From an uncultured Alphaproteobacteria bacterium (GTDB taxonomy: Bacteria; Pseudomonadota; Alphaproteobacteria; Sphingomonadales; Sphingomonadaceae), in NCBI GenBank assembly GCA_963732725.1, contig CAVTAQ010000007.1, forward strand, positions 209,402 through 273,401: DNA of 64,000 nt, written 5' to 3'. Positions within the stretch are counted from its first letter, which is position 1; each line of letters starts with the position of its first letter. Below the pieces are notes generated by a model that saw only the letters and a list, made by a program, of their open reading frames with translations, ran no database searches and was not told where the DNA came from. This document shows positions 41,385-50,242 of this stretch, piece by piece. The translations under genes and the position numbers were made by a program.

Positions 41385-41978
41385 CTAAACCAGTCCCGGA
41401 ACGATGCGGCCTTTGACCTTGCTGGCATAGGCCGCATATTCCGGATCGGTGAGCAGGAATTTTTCCTCCTCGATTGCGCGCAGATAGAGCAGCAACCAGG
41501 TGGCGGCGTAGATCGCGATGTTCCATGCCGAGAAGAAGATCAGCAGCATGCCGATGTGGTTGAACACATAGCCGGTGTACATCGGGTGACGGACGAACCG
41601 GTATGCGCCGCCGCTCTTGACCCCGCGGTTCGCCGGCACCAGGCCGAAGCTGCGGCGCAGCGATAGCTTCGCGACCAGTGCTATTCCGGTGCCGAAGATG
41701 ACAAATGCCATGGCGATATGGTTGGGTGCGATCGCGGTGCCGCCGGCAACGACCAGCAGCGGGAAGGCGGTTCCGAGGAATGCGATTGTCGTCGTATAGG
41801 CCGATGTTGCCCATGTGCCGCGGCGCTGGAACAGCACCAGGATTACCCCCACAATCTCGCTTGCCAGAACCATGATGATTTGCGGATGCAGCGAGAACTC
41901 CGGCAACATGCGCCAGATGATGCTGCCTGAAAGTATCAGCAGAAAAATCCGTTCGGCCCATCTGATCGTTTCAGACAT
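41385..41978 (-). CDS. Isoprenylcysteine carboxyl methyltransferase family membrane protein
   Basis: GAYRFVRHPMY, RAIEEEKFL; multiple hydrophobic segments. Confidence 0.85.
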   Translation of the reverse strand: MSETIRWAERIFLLILSGSIIWRMLPEFSLHPQIIMVLASEIVGVILVLFQRRGTWATSAYTTTIAFLGTAFPLLVVAGGTAIAPNHIAMAFVIFGTGIALVAKLSLRRSFGLVPANRGVKSGGAYRFVRHPMYTGYVFNHIGMLLIFFSAWNIAIYAATWLLLYLRAIEEEKFLLTDPEYAAYASKVKGRIVPGLV

Positions 41979-42048
41979 CGGTAATTCCCCGTTTTGTTCG
42001 GAGAATTTATGGACCGGACAGGGTTAAGATTTTCTAAAGCCGCTCTGT

Positions 42049-42579
42049 CTACCGCAGCTTGAGCAGCGTGTAGCTGTCATCGTCCGGGTAGCGCCCGCCC
42101 GGCTCGATCATGATGCCAAGCATGCCCTGCGACCAGTCGGCCGAATCGGGATACTGCCGGAACCAGTCGGTCACCACCTTGCGCTTGAAAATTCGCCATT
42201 CGTCGCCGCGCTTTTGCAGCGTATCGAGATAGCGCCCGGCGCCGATCACGTCGTTCTTGCTGCCATCGGGGAGGTTGACCCGGTGAAAGCCGTAGAAATA
42301 GCTTTCAACATCCGCCGTATCGCCGTGGATGGCGATCAGCGAGTTGGCGATGAAGTGTTGCGACTGGTCCATTGAGCCCATGATCGGGAACGACCAGGCG
42401 ATGAATTCCTCGGCATTGCCGGTAAAGCTCATGTGATTGTCGGTGCAATCCGGCCAATAGGCGCTGCGCACCATGTCGGCATCGAGCCGGTCAACTCCGC
42501 GCGAATAGCGGTAGAGACATTCGCGGATCGCTTCGCGGTCGGCGAGTTCGGCGAGAATTTGGCTGGTAGGGGTGGTCAT
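42049..42579 (-). CDS. SnoaL-like (NTF2) protein
   Basis: LADREAIRECLYRYSRGVDRLD...GRYLD...WRI; GGAG RBS. Confidence 0.85.
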   Translation of the reverse strand: MTTPTSQILAELADREAIRECLYRYSRGVDRLDADMVRSAYWPDCTDNHMSFTGNAEEFIAWSFPIMGSMDQSQHFIANSLIAIHGDTADVESYFYGFHRVNLPDGSKNDVIGAGRYLDTLQKRGDEWRIFKRKVVTDWFRQYPDSADWSQGMLGIMIEPGGRYPDDDSYTLLKLR

Positions 42580-42642
42580 CGGGCTCTCCCGGACGTTGTG
42601 CGAGGTTCGCCGCAGCATCGCTTGCGGCGGGGATGATGGCAA

Positions 42643-42861
42643 GTGGCGAGCCGGGCAAGAGGGAATGGCGCGCGCATGGCTTTGCGCGGGGTGCCTATGG
42701 CGGTTATCGCGGAAGCCTTGGGCCATGCCGACGAACGGATTACCCGGCGGCATTACGCGCATTTGTCGAAATCCTATGTTGCGGATACCGTGCGGAATGC
42801 GGTTGCTGGGCTGGGGATTGTTGAGAAGGGCAATGTGGTGCGGCTGGATGTCAGCATTTGA
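42643..42861 (+). pseudogene. C-terminal remnant of a tyrosine recombinase/integrase
   Basis: GVPMAVIAEALGHADERITRRHYAH (LGH...Y box); N-terminal part absent. Confidence 0.8.
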
Positions 42862-43447
42862 TATGCTTTCGTGGTGAAGGAGAGGGGCGGCATGGTGACC
42901 CGCTTCGATTTCTCGGAATCCCGCAATCATGTGCATCGAGCCAGCCTCGGAGTTCGATCCAATCGCCCGACCCAATTTCACGAAGCGGCTCCAATCGCCG
43001 GTTGGTCGTGACCCGGAGATTGAAAACCTCTGGAAGTTCGGGCCTGTCTTCGCCCATATGCCATGCCTGCGAAAATATCAGCGCATTCTCGCCGCGAAGA
43101 TCGGTTGCAATGCTACCACGACCGTGGCTGTTGTTGGGGACTTGCGACCAGGTTCCGTCGAGCATCCGGTAGATGTTATCAGGAGTGTCCGAGTGGTCGG
43201 GTCGCTTTCCGAGAAAGCGTGGATCTTCCCAGTATTGCTCCATCGGCAATACTTCAGAGATGATGCCCGCCCATCTCACCGAATGCGGGTTTCTGGCAAG
43301 AGTGCGACCATTGAAGGCCAGCACGAGGTCGCCTTTTCGCGCACGCATTCTGATCCGGGGTTTGCAAATTGTGAGTGTGACGGCTGGGCCGTCGTAATTC
43401 GGCGCGCTGCCACGATCGGTGGTGATGACATAGCTCCACACCCTCAT
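42851..43447 (-). CDS. Nmad2-like putative nucleotide-modification protein
   Basis: SYVITTDRGSAPN...TLTICKPRIRMRARKGD...YWEDPRF...DNIY, recalled Nmad2 pattern. Confidence 0.8.
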   Translation of the reverse strand: MRVWSYVITTDRGSAPNYDGPAVTLTICKPRIRMRARKGDLVLAFNGRTLARNPHSVRWAGIISEVLPMEQYWEDPRFLGKRPDHSDTPDNIYRMLDGTWSQVPNNSHGRGSIATDLRGENALIFSQAWHMGEDRPELPEVFNLRVTTNRRLEPLREIGSGDWIELRGWLDAHDCGIPRNRSGSPCRPSPSPRKHIKC

Positions 43448-44269
43448 GCATTGGCCTCCAAAATGTCCGCAATCCACTTACGAGCGTCCGTCCGGTCGGA
43501 AATGTCCGCGACAAATTCTTGCCCTCGCGCGGCAGTTTTGAGCAATCCATTTCCCAACCAGCGCGGTTCCGCGTGGTAGCTCATGCCAACTCCACCCCGC
43601 GTCGGATCAAGCCAGGCAGGCACGGACCAGCGGCTTGGCAGCGGGCTGTCCAACGCAGTTAGCCGTAAGGCTTGCGCGAATACGCCGCTGCCGGGAAACG
43701 TGCGGCCATCCAGTTCAAAATTTTCGGCAGCGACATAGACCGCATTGGAAGCCGTCCAGTAGGGCCGAACATGGGGATGATCCTGCAACCATGGATGCGT
43801 AGCCAGCAATTGCGCTCCGTCGTCCACCACATCATGCACAGCATCAATCATCAGCCAGCCGAATGCCGCGTGCTGGCGAGGACCGACATATCGCCAGCAG
43901 CCATCCACGCTTTCTACCGGGCGATAAAGACCCCAAAACAGGAACAGGTCGCCCGCTTTGACCGATTGGTTGCGTAAGTGCGAAAGTGAGGAACTGACCT
44001 GCCCCAATGCGCCACGCCAACCTTCGGGCCGAACCGTCAAGGCGCTACGGTCAATGTCTGGGTCGAGGTGACACATTCGATCCCCGCTCAGGTCTCCCTT
44101 GCTAAGATCACGAGCCACGGCTTGCTAGCGGATTGTTCAGCATTCCGTATGTTGTAGGCGATGGCTCTCGCGTGGGTATCGGGATGCTGATCGGGCGTCC
44201 GTGGATCAAGGCGCTGGCGCATTTTCCGGCGGCGCTATCGACACCCTTTCGACTGAAGATCACTTTCAG
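43444..44269 (-). CDS. Nmad3-like putative nucleotide-modification protein (frameshift at about 44120; CTG or GTG start)
   Basis: KVIFSRKGVDS...ISIPIP...CHLDPD...GDLFLFWG...HPH...ARGQEFV; ATGA overlap with the Nmad2-like gene. Confidence 0.78.
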
Positions 44270-44306
44270 GGCAGGCCTCCCAAGGTTATTATCGGTAGTG
44301 ATGCTC

Positions 44307-44654
44307 TCACAAGTGCAAGGCAGCCACTCCCGCCGGGTCGCGCGGATAGACGGCAACAGACACCTGCACCTTGCGGTTGAGCCGGTCGAGGATGGTCATC
44401 AGGCGGTCGATGGTGAAGCTCTTGAGCCGTGCCTGCCGGATGCGCGAGAAGTCGGCGGCGGCAACGCCGGTGATCTTTTCGGCGGCGCGCACGGTCAGCT
44501 TGTCGGCGGCCAGCGTCTTGCCGATTTCAGCGGCAAGGATAGCGCGGAACTGTTCCAGTTCGGCATCGGGCAAGCCCAGATCGGCAAACACGTTGCCGGA
44601 GCCGCGCACCAGTTCGAAATCGTCTTCCTGCCCGTCGTTCACTTGGCTGCTCAT
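44307..44654 (-). CDS. XRE-family HTH antitoxin/regulator (HigA-like)
   Basis: GSGNVFADLGLPDA...TVRAAEKITGVAAADFSRIR...FTIDRL. Confidence 0.88.
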   Translation of the reverse strand: MSSQVNDGQEDDFELVRGSGNVFADLGLPDAELEQFRAILAAEIGKTLAADKLTVRAAEKITGVAAADFSRIRQARLKSFTIDRLMTILDRLNRKVQVSVAVYPRDPAGVAALHL

Positions 44655-44779
44655 GCCAACTTCTCCTTCAAACGCTTGATTCGTTCCTTCACCACGTCGA
44701 TTTCATGCTTCGGCGTAGCGATGCCGCTCGTCGATTTCTTCTGGAAGGCGTGAACCACCCAGACGTCATCTCGGGCCAT
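44651..44779 (-). pseudogene. RelE/Gp49-family toxin remnant with in-frame internal deletion (42 aa)
   Basis: MARD joined directly to DVWVVHAFQKKSTSGIATPKHEIDVVKERIK; overlaps the antitoxin start. Confidence 0.75.
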
Positions 44780-44784
44780 ACTGC

Positions 44785-44808
44785 TTTGTAGTGAAATTAA
44801 ACTACAAA
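44785..44808. promoter_or_regulatory. Palindromic operator of the toxin-remnant/XRE operon
   Basis: TTTGTAGT-gaaattaa-ACTACAAA, 5 nt from the toxin ATG. Confidence 0.7.
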
Positions 44809-44872
44809 CGCAAGGGGGCGCAACAGCGCGTCCCCGCGTGACGGGACTGTCATGCGACGCTAAGGCATCGCC

Positions 44873-46357
44873 ATGGCGGAAAGCGGCGACGATACGGCAC
44901 CCTCGGTCTGGCGCTTCGCCAGGGCGACGCGCGCGCATGTTGTCATCGATGCTGCCGCCTATTTCGAGCTGATGCACGAGGCGATGCTGGGTGCACGCCA
45001 GCGGATTTTTCTGGTGGGCTGGGATTTCGATTCGCGCATCCGCCTGGCGGGCGGCAGGCGCTGGTGGAATCTGCCGCGAAAGGAGCGGTTTCCGGCAAGG
45101 CTTGGCGCTTTCTTCCTGTGGCTGGCCAGGCGGCGACCGGGTTTGCAGATCCGGTTGCTCAACTGGAATTTTGGCACCTGGCGCTATTTCTTCCGCGGAT
45201 CGATGATCGTCGATCTCATCCGCTGGTGGCGCGATCCGGCGGTGGATTTCCTGTTCGACAATGCCCATCCGCTGGGCTGCAGCCATCATCAGAAGATCGT
45301 GGTCATCGACAGCAATTTTGCGGCCTGTGGCGGCATCGACATGACCTGCGACCGCTGGGATACGCCCGATCACCTCCACGAGGATTCGCGCCGCCGCCGC
45401 ATGAATGGCAAACCCTATGGCCCCTGGCACGATATCAGCATGCTGATCGAGGGCGATGCCGCCGGTGCGCTTGGCGAGATCGGGCTGGAGCGTTGGCGGC
45501 AGGCCGGAGGCGCCCCGCTCGAGCCTTGCCAGCCGCAAGCGTCAAGCGCCTGGCCGGCGCGGCTGATGGCCGAATTCCGCGATGTGGACATTGGCATAGC
45601 GCGCACGCGCGCAGCATACGACGGGGTTCCCGAACTGCGCGAGGTCGAGGCGCTGTTTCTCGAGCACATCGCCCGCGCGAAGCGGTTCATCTATGCCGAG
45701 AGCCAGTATTTCGCCTCAAGGCGGATCGCCGAGGCGATTGCCCGGCGGCTGACCGAAGACGATCCGCCCGAGATCATAATCGTCACCTCGCTGACCGCGG
45801 ATGGCTGGCTTGCCCAGGCCGCAATGGACGCGGCGCGGGTGCGGTTGCTTCATGCCCTGGCCGAAGTCGATCACAAGCGGCGGTTCCGGGTCTATGTGCC
45901 GCTGACCTCGGGAAGCGCGGGAATCTATGTCCACGCCAAGCTGATGATCGTTGATGATGAGGTGCTGCGGGTCGGTTCGGCCAACATGAACAACCGTTCG
46001 ATGGGGCTTGATACCGAAGTCGACGTTTTCCTCGATGCTGCGCGGCCAGGCAACGGCCACATCGCACCGGCAATCTCGCGGCTGCGCCAGACGCTGCTTG
46101 CCGAGCATTGCGGCATCGCGCCGGAATGGCTCGCGGTGCTGCTCGAACAACATGGGACGATGGCGGCGGCAATCGAGGCTGCGCCCAGATCCGGCAAGCG
46201 GCTTGAACCTTTTGGCTTGCGTCCGCTCACCGATAGAGAGAAAGCGATGGCCGACAGCGCTTTGCTCGATCCCGAACGGCCCGAAGAGCTGTTTGAACCA
46301 ATCGGGCAGCGGCGCGGATTGTTCAGACTCGGTAGCCTGTTACGGCGACCAGGCTGA
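44873..46357 (+). CDS. Phospholipase D family protein
   Basis: Two HKD motifs (HQKIVVID, HAKLMIVD) and GSANMN. Confidence 0.9.
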   Translation: MAESGDDTAPSVWRFARATRAHVVIDAAAYFELMHEAMLGARQRIFLVGWDFDSRIRLAGGRRWWNLPRKERFPARLGAFFLWLARRRPGLQIRLLNWNFGTWRYFFRGSMIVDLIRWWRDPAVDFLFDNAHPLGCSHHQKIVVIDSNFAACGGIDMTCDRWDTPDHLHEDSRRRRMNGKPYGPWHDISMLIEGDAAGALGEIGLERWRQAGGAPLEPCQPQASSAWPARLMAEFRDVDIGIARTRAAYDGVPELREVEALFLEHIARAKRFIYAESQYFASRRIAEAIARRLTEDDPPEIIIVTSLTADGWLAQAAMDAARVRLLHALAEVDHKRRFRVYVPLTSGSAGIYVHAKLMIVDDEVLRVGSANMNNRSMGLDTEVDVFLDAARPGNGHIAPAISRLRQTLLAEHCGIAPEWLAVLLEQHGTMAAAIEAAPRSGKRLEPFGLRPLTDREKAMADSALLDPERPEELFEPIGQRRGLFRLGSLLRRPG

Positions 46358-46368
46358 GGGAGAGCACG

Positions 46369-46989
46369 ATGAGTCACCACGATCACGACGAAAATGGCGC
46401 GGGCGATGCCGGGCCGATGGCCAAGCTGCCGGTGCCGGAGGATGTGCAGCAAGCCATCCGCACCCTGATCCGCTGGTCAGGCGACGATCCGGAGCGCGAG
46501 GGCCTGATCGATACCCCCAAGCGCGTCGCGCGGGCGTGGAAAGAGTACTGCCAGGGATACGGCGAAGACCCTGCAATCCATCTCGCCCGCCAGTTTGAGG
46601 AAGTGGGCGGCTACGATGAATTGGTGCTGCTGAAGGACATTCCCTTCCAGTCGCACTGCGAACACCACATGGCCCCGATCATCGGCAAGGCATCGATTGC
46701 CTATATGCCGCGCCACAGCGTGGTCGGCATTTCCAAGCTCGCCCGGGTGCTGCATGGGTTTGCCCAGCGCCTGCAAATCCAGGAACGCCTCACCGCTGAA
46801 GTCGCGCAATGCATCTGGGAACACCTCAAGCCGCACGGTGTCGCCGTGGTGATCGAGGCTTCGCACGGCTGCATGACCTCGCGCGGGGTCCGCACACCGG
46901 GCGTCGGCATGGTGACAAGCCGGTTGCTGGGCTGTTTCCTCGACGATTCGCGCAGCCGCAAGGAAGTGCTGAGCCTGATGGGCTATTGA
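46369..46989 (+). CDS. folE: GTP cyclohydrolase I
   Basis: REGLIDTPKRV, SHCEHH, GISKLAR, QIQERL, HGCMTSRG. Confidence 0.96.
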   Translation: MSHHDHDENGAGDAGPMAKLPVPEDVQQAIRTLIRWSGDDPEREGLIDTPKRVARAWKEYCQGYGEDPAIHLARQFEEVGGYDELVLLKDIPFQSHCEHHMAPIIGKASIAYMPRHSVVGISKLARVLHGFAQRLQIQERLTAEVAQCIWEHLKPHGVAVVIEASHGCMTSRGVRTPGVGMVTSRLLGCFLDDSRSRKEVLSLMGY

Positions 46990-47019
46990 GCAGTCAAGCC
47001 GCAAACGGGAGAGTGAAAT

Positions 47020-48264
47020 ATGGCGGGTTACGGCGCAATAGCGATGCCAGCCTCCTTGCGGGAATACAGCCGCAAGGCCTCCATCGTCGGCATCGGCGAG
47101 ACCGATTTTCACGATGACTACAAGGCCCAGCGCACCAAGCCGGAAGGCTATGAGCCGCCCACGCTCGAAGGCATGCTCAACACGGCGCTGGAACGCGCCC
47201 TGGCCGATGCCGGGCTGGAGCGCGGTGATATCGACGGGCTGACCACCTCGTTCACTTATGGTGGCCCGCCGGCGGAAGATGTCGCCAGGGTGCTCGGGAT
47301 CAAACCGAAATTTGCGATTGCCAACGGCAATATCATGGCCGGGCCGCTGCCGGTCGCCTGTGCCGCGATTGCCGAGGGCAAGGCCGATACCATCGCCATG
47401 GTCTTCGCCGTCGCCTCGCGCAGCGCCGGGCGGCTGTTTGGCGGGATGACCCACGATACCGGCGGCAGCGCTGATCCTACCGGGGAAGGCGGGGCGCCCG
47501 CCTCCTATTTCTATTTCCACCCTTGGGGCTGGTCCTCGCAGGCGGCACATTGGGCGCTGATCTTTGCGCACTACCAGTGGGAATACGGCAAGCGCGAGGA
47601 AGACCTGGCCGAAGTTGCCATGCAGGTGCGCCGCCACGCGATGGCCCAGCGCCAAGCGATCATGCAGAAAGAACTGACCCTCGATGCCTACATGGCCTCG
47701 CGGTATATCGTGCGTCCGCTGCATCTGTTCGATATCTGTCTGGTCAATGATGGCGCGGTTTGCCTGATCGTGCGCCGGGCGGACATGGCGCGGGGGATGA
47801 AGCAGGTGCCGGTCGATGTCGCCGGCTGGGGCTATTCGAAAATCAAGCAGAACAAGCTCGATACCATGGTGCGCCAGCAGTTGCGTCCGCAATTGCAGGC
47901 GGCCCGCGATGAGACTTTCGCCATGGCCGGGGTGGGGCTCGACGATATTCAGCACTTCGAGGCTTACGATGCTTCCAGCTTCCACCTCGTCAACCAGGTC
48001 GAAGGCATGGGCTTCACCCCGCAAGGCACCGGGCTCGATTTCTGCAGGGACGGGCAGATGACCGTCGGCGGGCGCATCCCGACCAATACCGGCGGCGGCA
48101 ACCTGTCCTTTGCCTACATGCAGGGCTGGAGCCAGGTCGCCGAATGCGTCCGACAGCTCAGGCACACAGCGGGGCAATATCAGGTGCCGGGGATCGGCGC
48201 CTCGATGTCGGTTTTGACGCAGACCGATCAGGTGCATCCGATCGTGTTCGTGCGGGGAGAATGA
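47020..48264 (+). CDS. Thiolase-like (Ltp2/SCP-x type) protein
   Basis: IVGIGET, DICLVNDGA, YDASS, PTNTGGGNLSFAY. Confidence 0.85.
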   Translation: MAGYGAIAMPASLREYSRKASIVGIGETDFHDDYKAQRTKPEGYEPPTLEGMLNTALERALADAGLERGDIDGLTTSFTYGGPPAEDVARVLGIKPKFAIANGNIMAGPLPVACAAIAEGKADTIAMVFAVASRSAGRLFGGMTHDTGGSADPTGEGGAPASYFYFHPWGWSSQAAHWALIFAHYQWEYGKREEDLAEVAMQVRRHAMAQRQAIMQKELTLDAYMASRYIVRPLHLFDICLVNDGAVCLIVRRADMARGMKQVPVDVAGWGYSKIKQNKLDTMVRQQLRPQLQAARDETFAMAGVGLDDIQHFEAYDASSFHLVNQVEGMGFTPQGTGLDFCRDGQMTVGGRIPTNTGGGNLSFAYMQGWSQVAECVRQLRHTAGQYQVPGIGASMSVLTQTDQVHPIVFVRGE

Positions 48265-48266
48265 GG

Positions 48267-48692
48267 ATGTCAGCAGGAATTGGGGCCGGGAAAAGACCGG
48301 ATCGCACCCTGGGCCTTCACCACGACACCTTCTGGGAGTGGTGCGGGAAAGGCGAACTCAGGATCCAGAAATGCTCAGGCTGCGGCCACCTCAACTGGCC
48401 GGTCATGCAGAAATGCGAGAGCTGCGGGACGCGCGAGTTTTCGTGGGAGCCAATGTCGGGCCGCGGCAAGGTGGTCAGCGGTGGCAGCTTCCATATGGAC
48501 TATTACCACGCCATGCTGCCGGTCCCCTATGACTGCATTCTGGTCGAGCTGGAGGAAGGCCCGCTGTTCATGAGCAACCCCAAAGGTTTTGCCTGGACCG
48601 ATGCGACTTTCAACATGGCTGTGAAGCTGGCCTTTGCTGACTGCGAGGACAGTGCCGGGTCGTTCAGCCTGCCACTGTTCGAGCGGGCCTAA
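48267..48692 (+). CDS. Zn-ribbon/OB-fold DUF35 (ChsH2-like) protein
   Basis: FWE...LRIQKCSGC...CESC...SGRGKV...VELEEGP. Confidence 0.88.
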   Translation: MSAGIGAGKRPDRTLGLHHDTFWEWCGKGELRIQKCSGCGHLNWPVMQKCESCGTREFSWEPMSGRGKVVSGGSFHMDYYHAMLPVPYDCILVELEEGPLFMSNPKGFAWTDATFNMAVKLAFADCEDSAGSFSLPLFERA

Positions 48693-48695
48693 TTT

Positions 48696-48848
48696 CCTCC
48701 CCGGCACGGGGAGGGGGACCATGCGAAGCATGGTGGAGGGGCACAGGCGTGTGTTCCTGAAGATGCTGGCCAGCAAGGTTAAGAACCCCGCCTGTGCCCC
48801 TCCACCCCGCCCTTCGGGCGCGGTCCCCCTCCCCGTGCCGGGGAGGAT
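48696..48848. repeat. REP-like palindromic element
   Basis: CCTCCCCGGCACGGGGAGGGGGACC...GGTGGAGGGG and its inverse CCCCTCCACC...GGTCCCCCTCCCCGTGCCGGGGAGG between convergent genes. Confidence 0.8.
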
Positions 48849-49528
48849 TATCCTCCCCGCGTCACCGGGATCAGCGCGCCGGTGATCGCCCGCGCCGCGT
48901 CCGAAGCCAGAAACAGGATCGCGTCGGCAATCGCTGCGGGCTGGACCCATTGCGAGGTGTCGGCGTCAGGCATGTCCTTGCGGTTGGTTGGCGTGTCGAT
49001 GATGCTCGGCAGGATCGCGTTGACCGTCACGGTGGTTCCGGCAAGTTCTTCCGCCAGCGCCTCGGTCAGCTTGTGAACCCCTGCCTTGGAGGCGGCATAG
49101 GCCCCCATGCCCATCCCGGCCTTCACTGCTGCACCCGCGCCGATATTGACGATCCGGCCGGCATCCGAGCTCTTGAGCTGGCCCAGCGCCGCCTTGGTGA
49201 TCGTTGCATTGCTGATCAGGTTCATCGCCTGCATTCGTGCCCAGCTTTCGATCGAGCCTTCCTCGAGCGTTTCCCAGGTGAAGCCGCCCGCGATATTGAC
49301 CAGCACGTCGATCCCGCCGTGGGACTTCGCAACCCGGTCGAGCGCAGCACTGGTTGCCGCCGCATCGGTCAGATCGATCCCGCCGATATCGAGCGCTCCG
49401 GCCAGCGCATGGTGCGGACTGGCGACAAAATCGATCCGCGCCACCTGATCGCCGTTCGCCGCAAAAGCCTCGGACACGGCCTGTCCCAGCACCCCGAACC
49501 CGCCTGTAACGATAACCGAACGCGACAT
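48848..49528 (-). CDS. SDR oxidoreductase
   Basis: VTGGFGVLG, NIAGG, YAASK. Confidence 0.9.
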   Translation of the reverse strand: MSRSVIVTGGFGVLGQAVSEAFAANGDQVARIDFVASPHHALAGALDIGGIDLTDAAATSAALDRVAKSHGGIDVLVNIAGGFTWETLEEGSIESWARMQAMNLISNATITKAALGQLKSSDAGRIVNIGAGAAVKAGMGMGAYAASKAGVHKLTEALAEELAGTTVTVNAILPSIIDTPTNRKDMPDADTSQWVQPAAIADAILFLASDAARAITGALIPVTRGG

Positions 49529-49606
49529 TCCTCTGTCTCCTTTGGCGGCAACCCTATCGGCCATGGGGGTGGCGGGCAAGCTGCTGTTGGGGCACAATGG
49601 CTGGCG

Positions 49607-50215
49607 ATGGAAAGCTATCCCGTTCTCGCCAAGACCGAACTCGATGAGAAACAGCGCGCGCTGTGGGACGAGCTGACTATGGGTCCACGCGGGTTCTACA
49701 CCGGCGGGGCGGAAGCAAAGCGGCTTCCCGATCTCTACAACGCCTGGCTGCAATTCCCGGAGTTCGGCAAGCTGATGATCGACCTTGGCGCTGCAGTGCG
49801 GGTGAACGCGGCGCTGCCGGGAAAGCTGCGCGAACTGGTGGTGCTGATCACTTCGGCAAAGCTGGGGGCGATGGTCGAGTTCGACTTTCATGTGCCGTTT
49901 GCGCTGAGCGAGGGGCTGTCTGAAGAGCTGGTAGAAGCAGTGCGGGACGGCACGGTTCCTCCCTTTGGCGACGAGGCTGAGCGGATTGCCTTTGCGGTCA
50001 ACGTCCAGTTGCTTGGCAGCGGCGCGCTGGACCAAAAGACCCGCAAGGAGGCCATTGCCGCTTTCGGCCATGACGGCCTGATGCTGCTGATCGCCAATAT
50101 CACGCTCTATTTCGCCACCGCCTGCACCACCAATGTCGCACGGGTGAAACTGGCGGAAGACTTCTCTGCCGATCCCGGGCAGCTCAAGGATTTCTTTGCC
50201 GGCAAAGACGTGTAG
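49607..50215 (+). CDS. Carboxymuconolactone decarboxylase/AhpD-like protein
   Basis: YNAWL...LPGKLRELVVL...EFDFHVPFALSEGL. Confidence 0.75.
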   Translation: MESYPVLAKTELDEKQRALWDELTMGPRGFYTGGAEAKRLPDLYNAWLQFPEFGKLMIDLGAAVRVNAALPGKLRELVVLITSAKLGAMVEFDFHVPFALSEGLSEELVEAVRDGTVPPFGDEAERIAFAVNVQLLGSGALDQKTRKEAIAAFGHDGLMLLIANITLYFATACTTNVARVKLAEDFSADPGQLKDFFAGKDV

Positions 50216-50242
50216 CGTGTCGCAGCAAGTGGAGGGACTTCA

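Noticed and set aside
42851-46989. Nmad genes + PLD + folE as a 7-deazaguanine DNA-modification (dpd-like) island
   Set aside because: No TGT-like, queC, queD or queE genes; PLD and folE are divergent from the cassette, look host-like in composition, and the PLD resembles lipid-acting two-HKD enzymes
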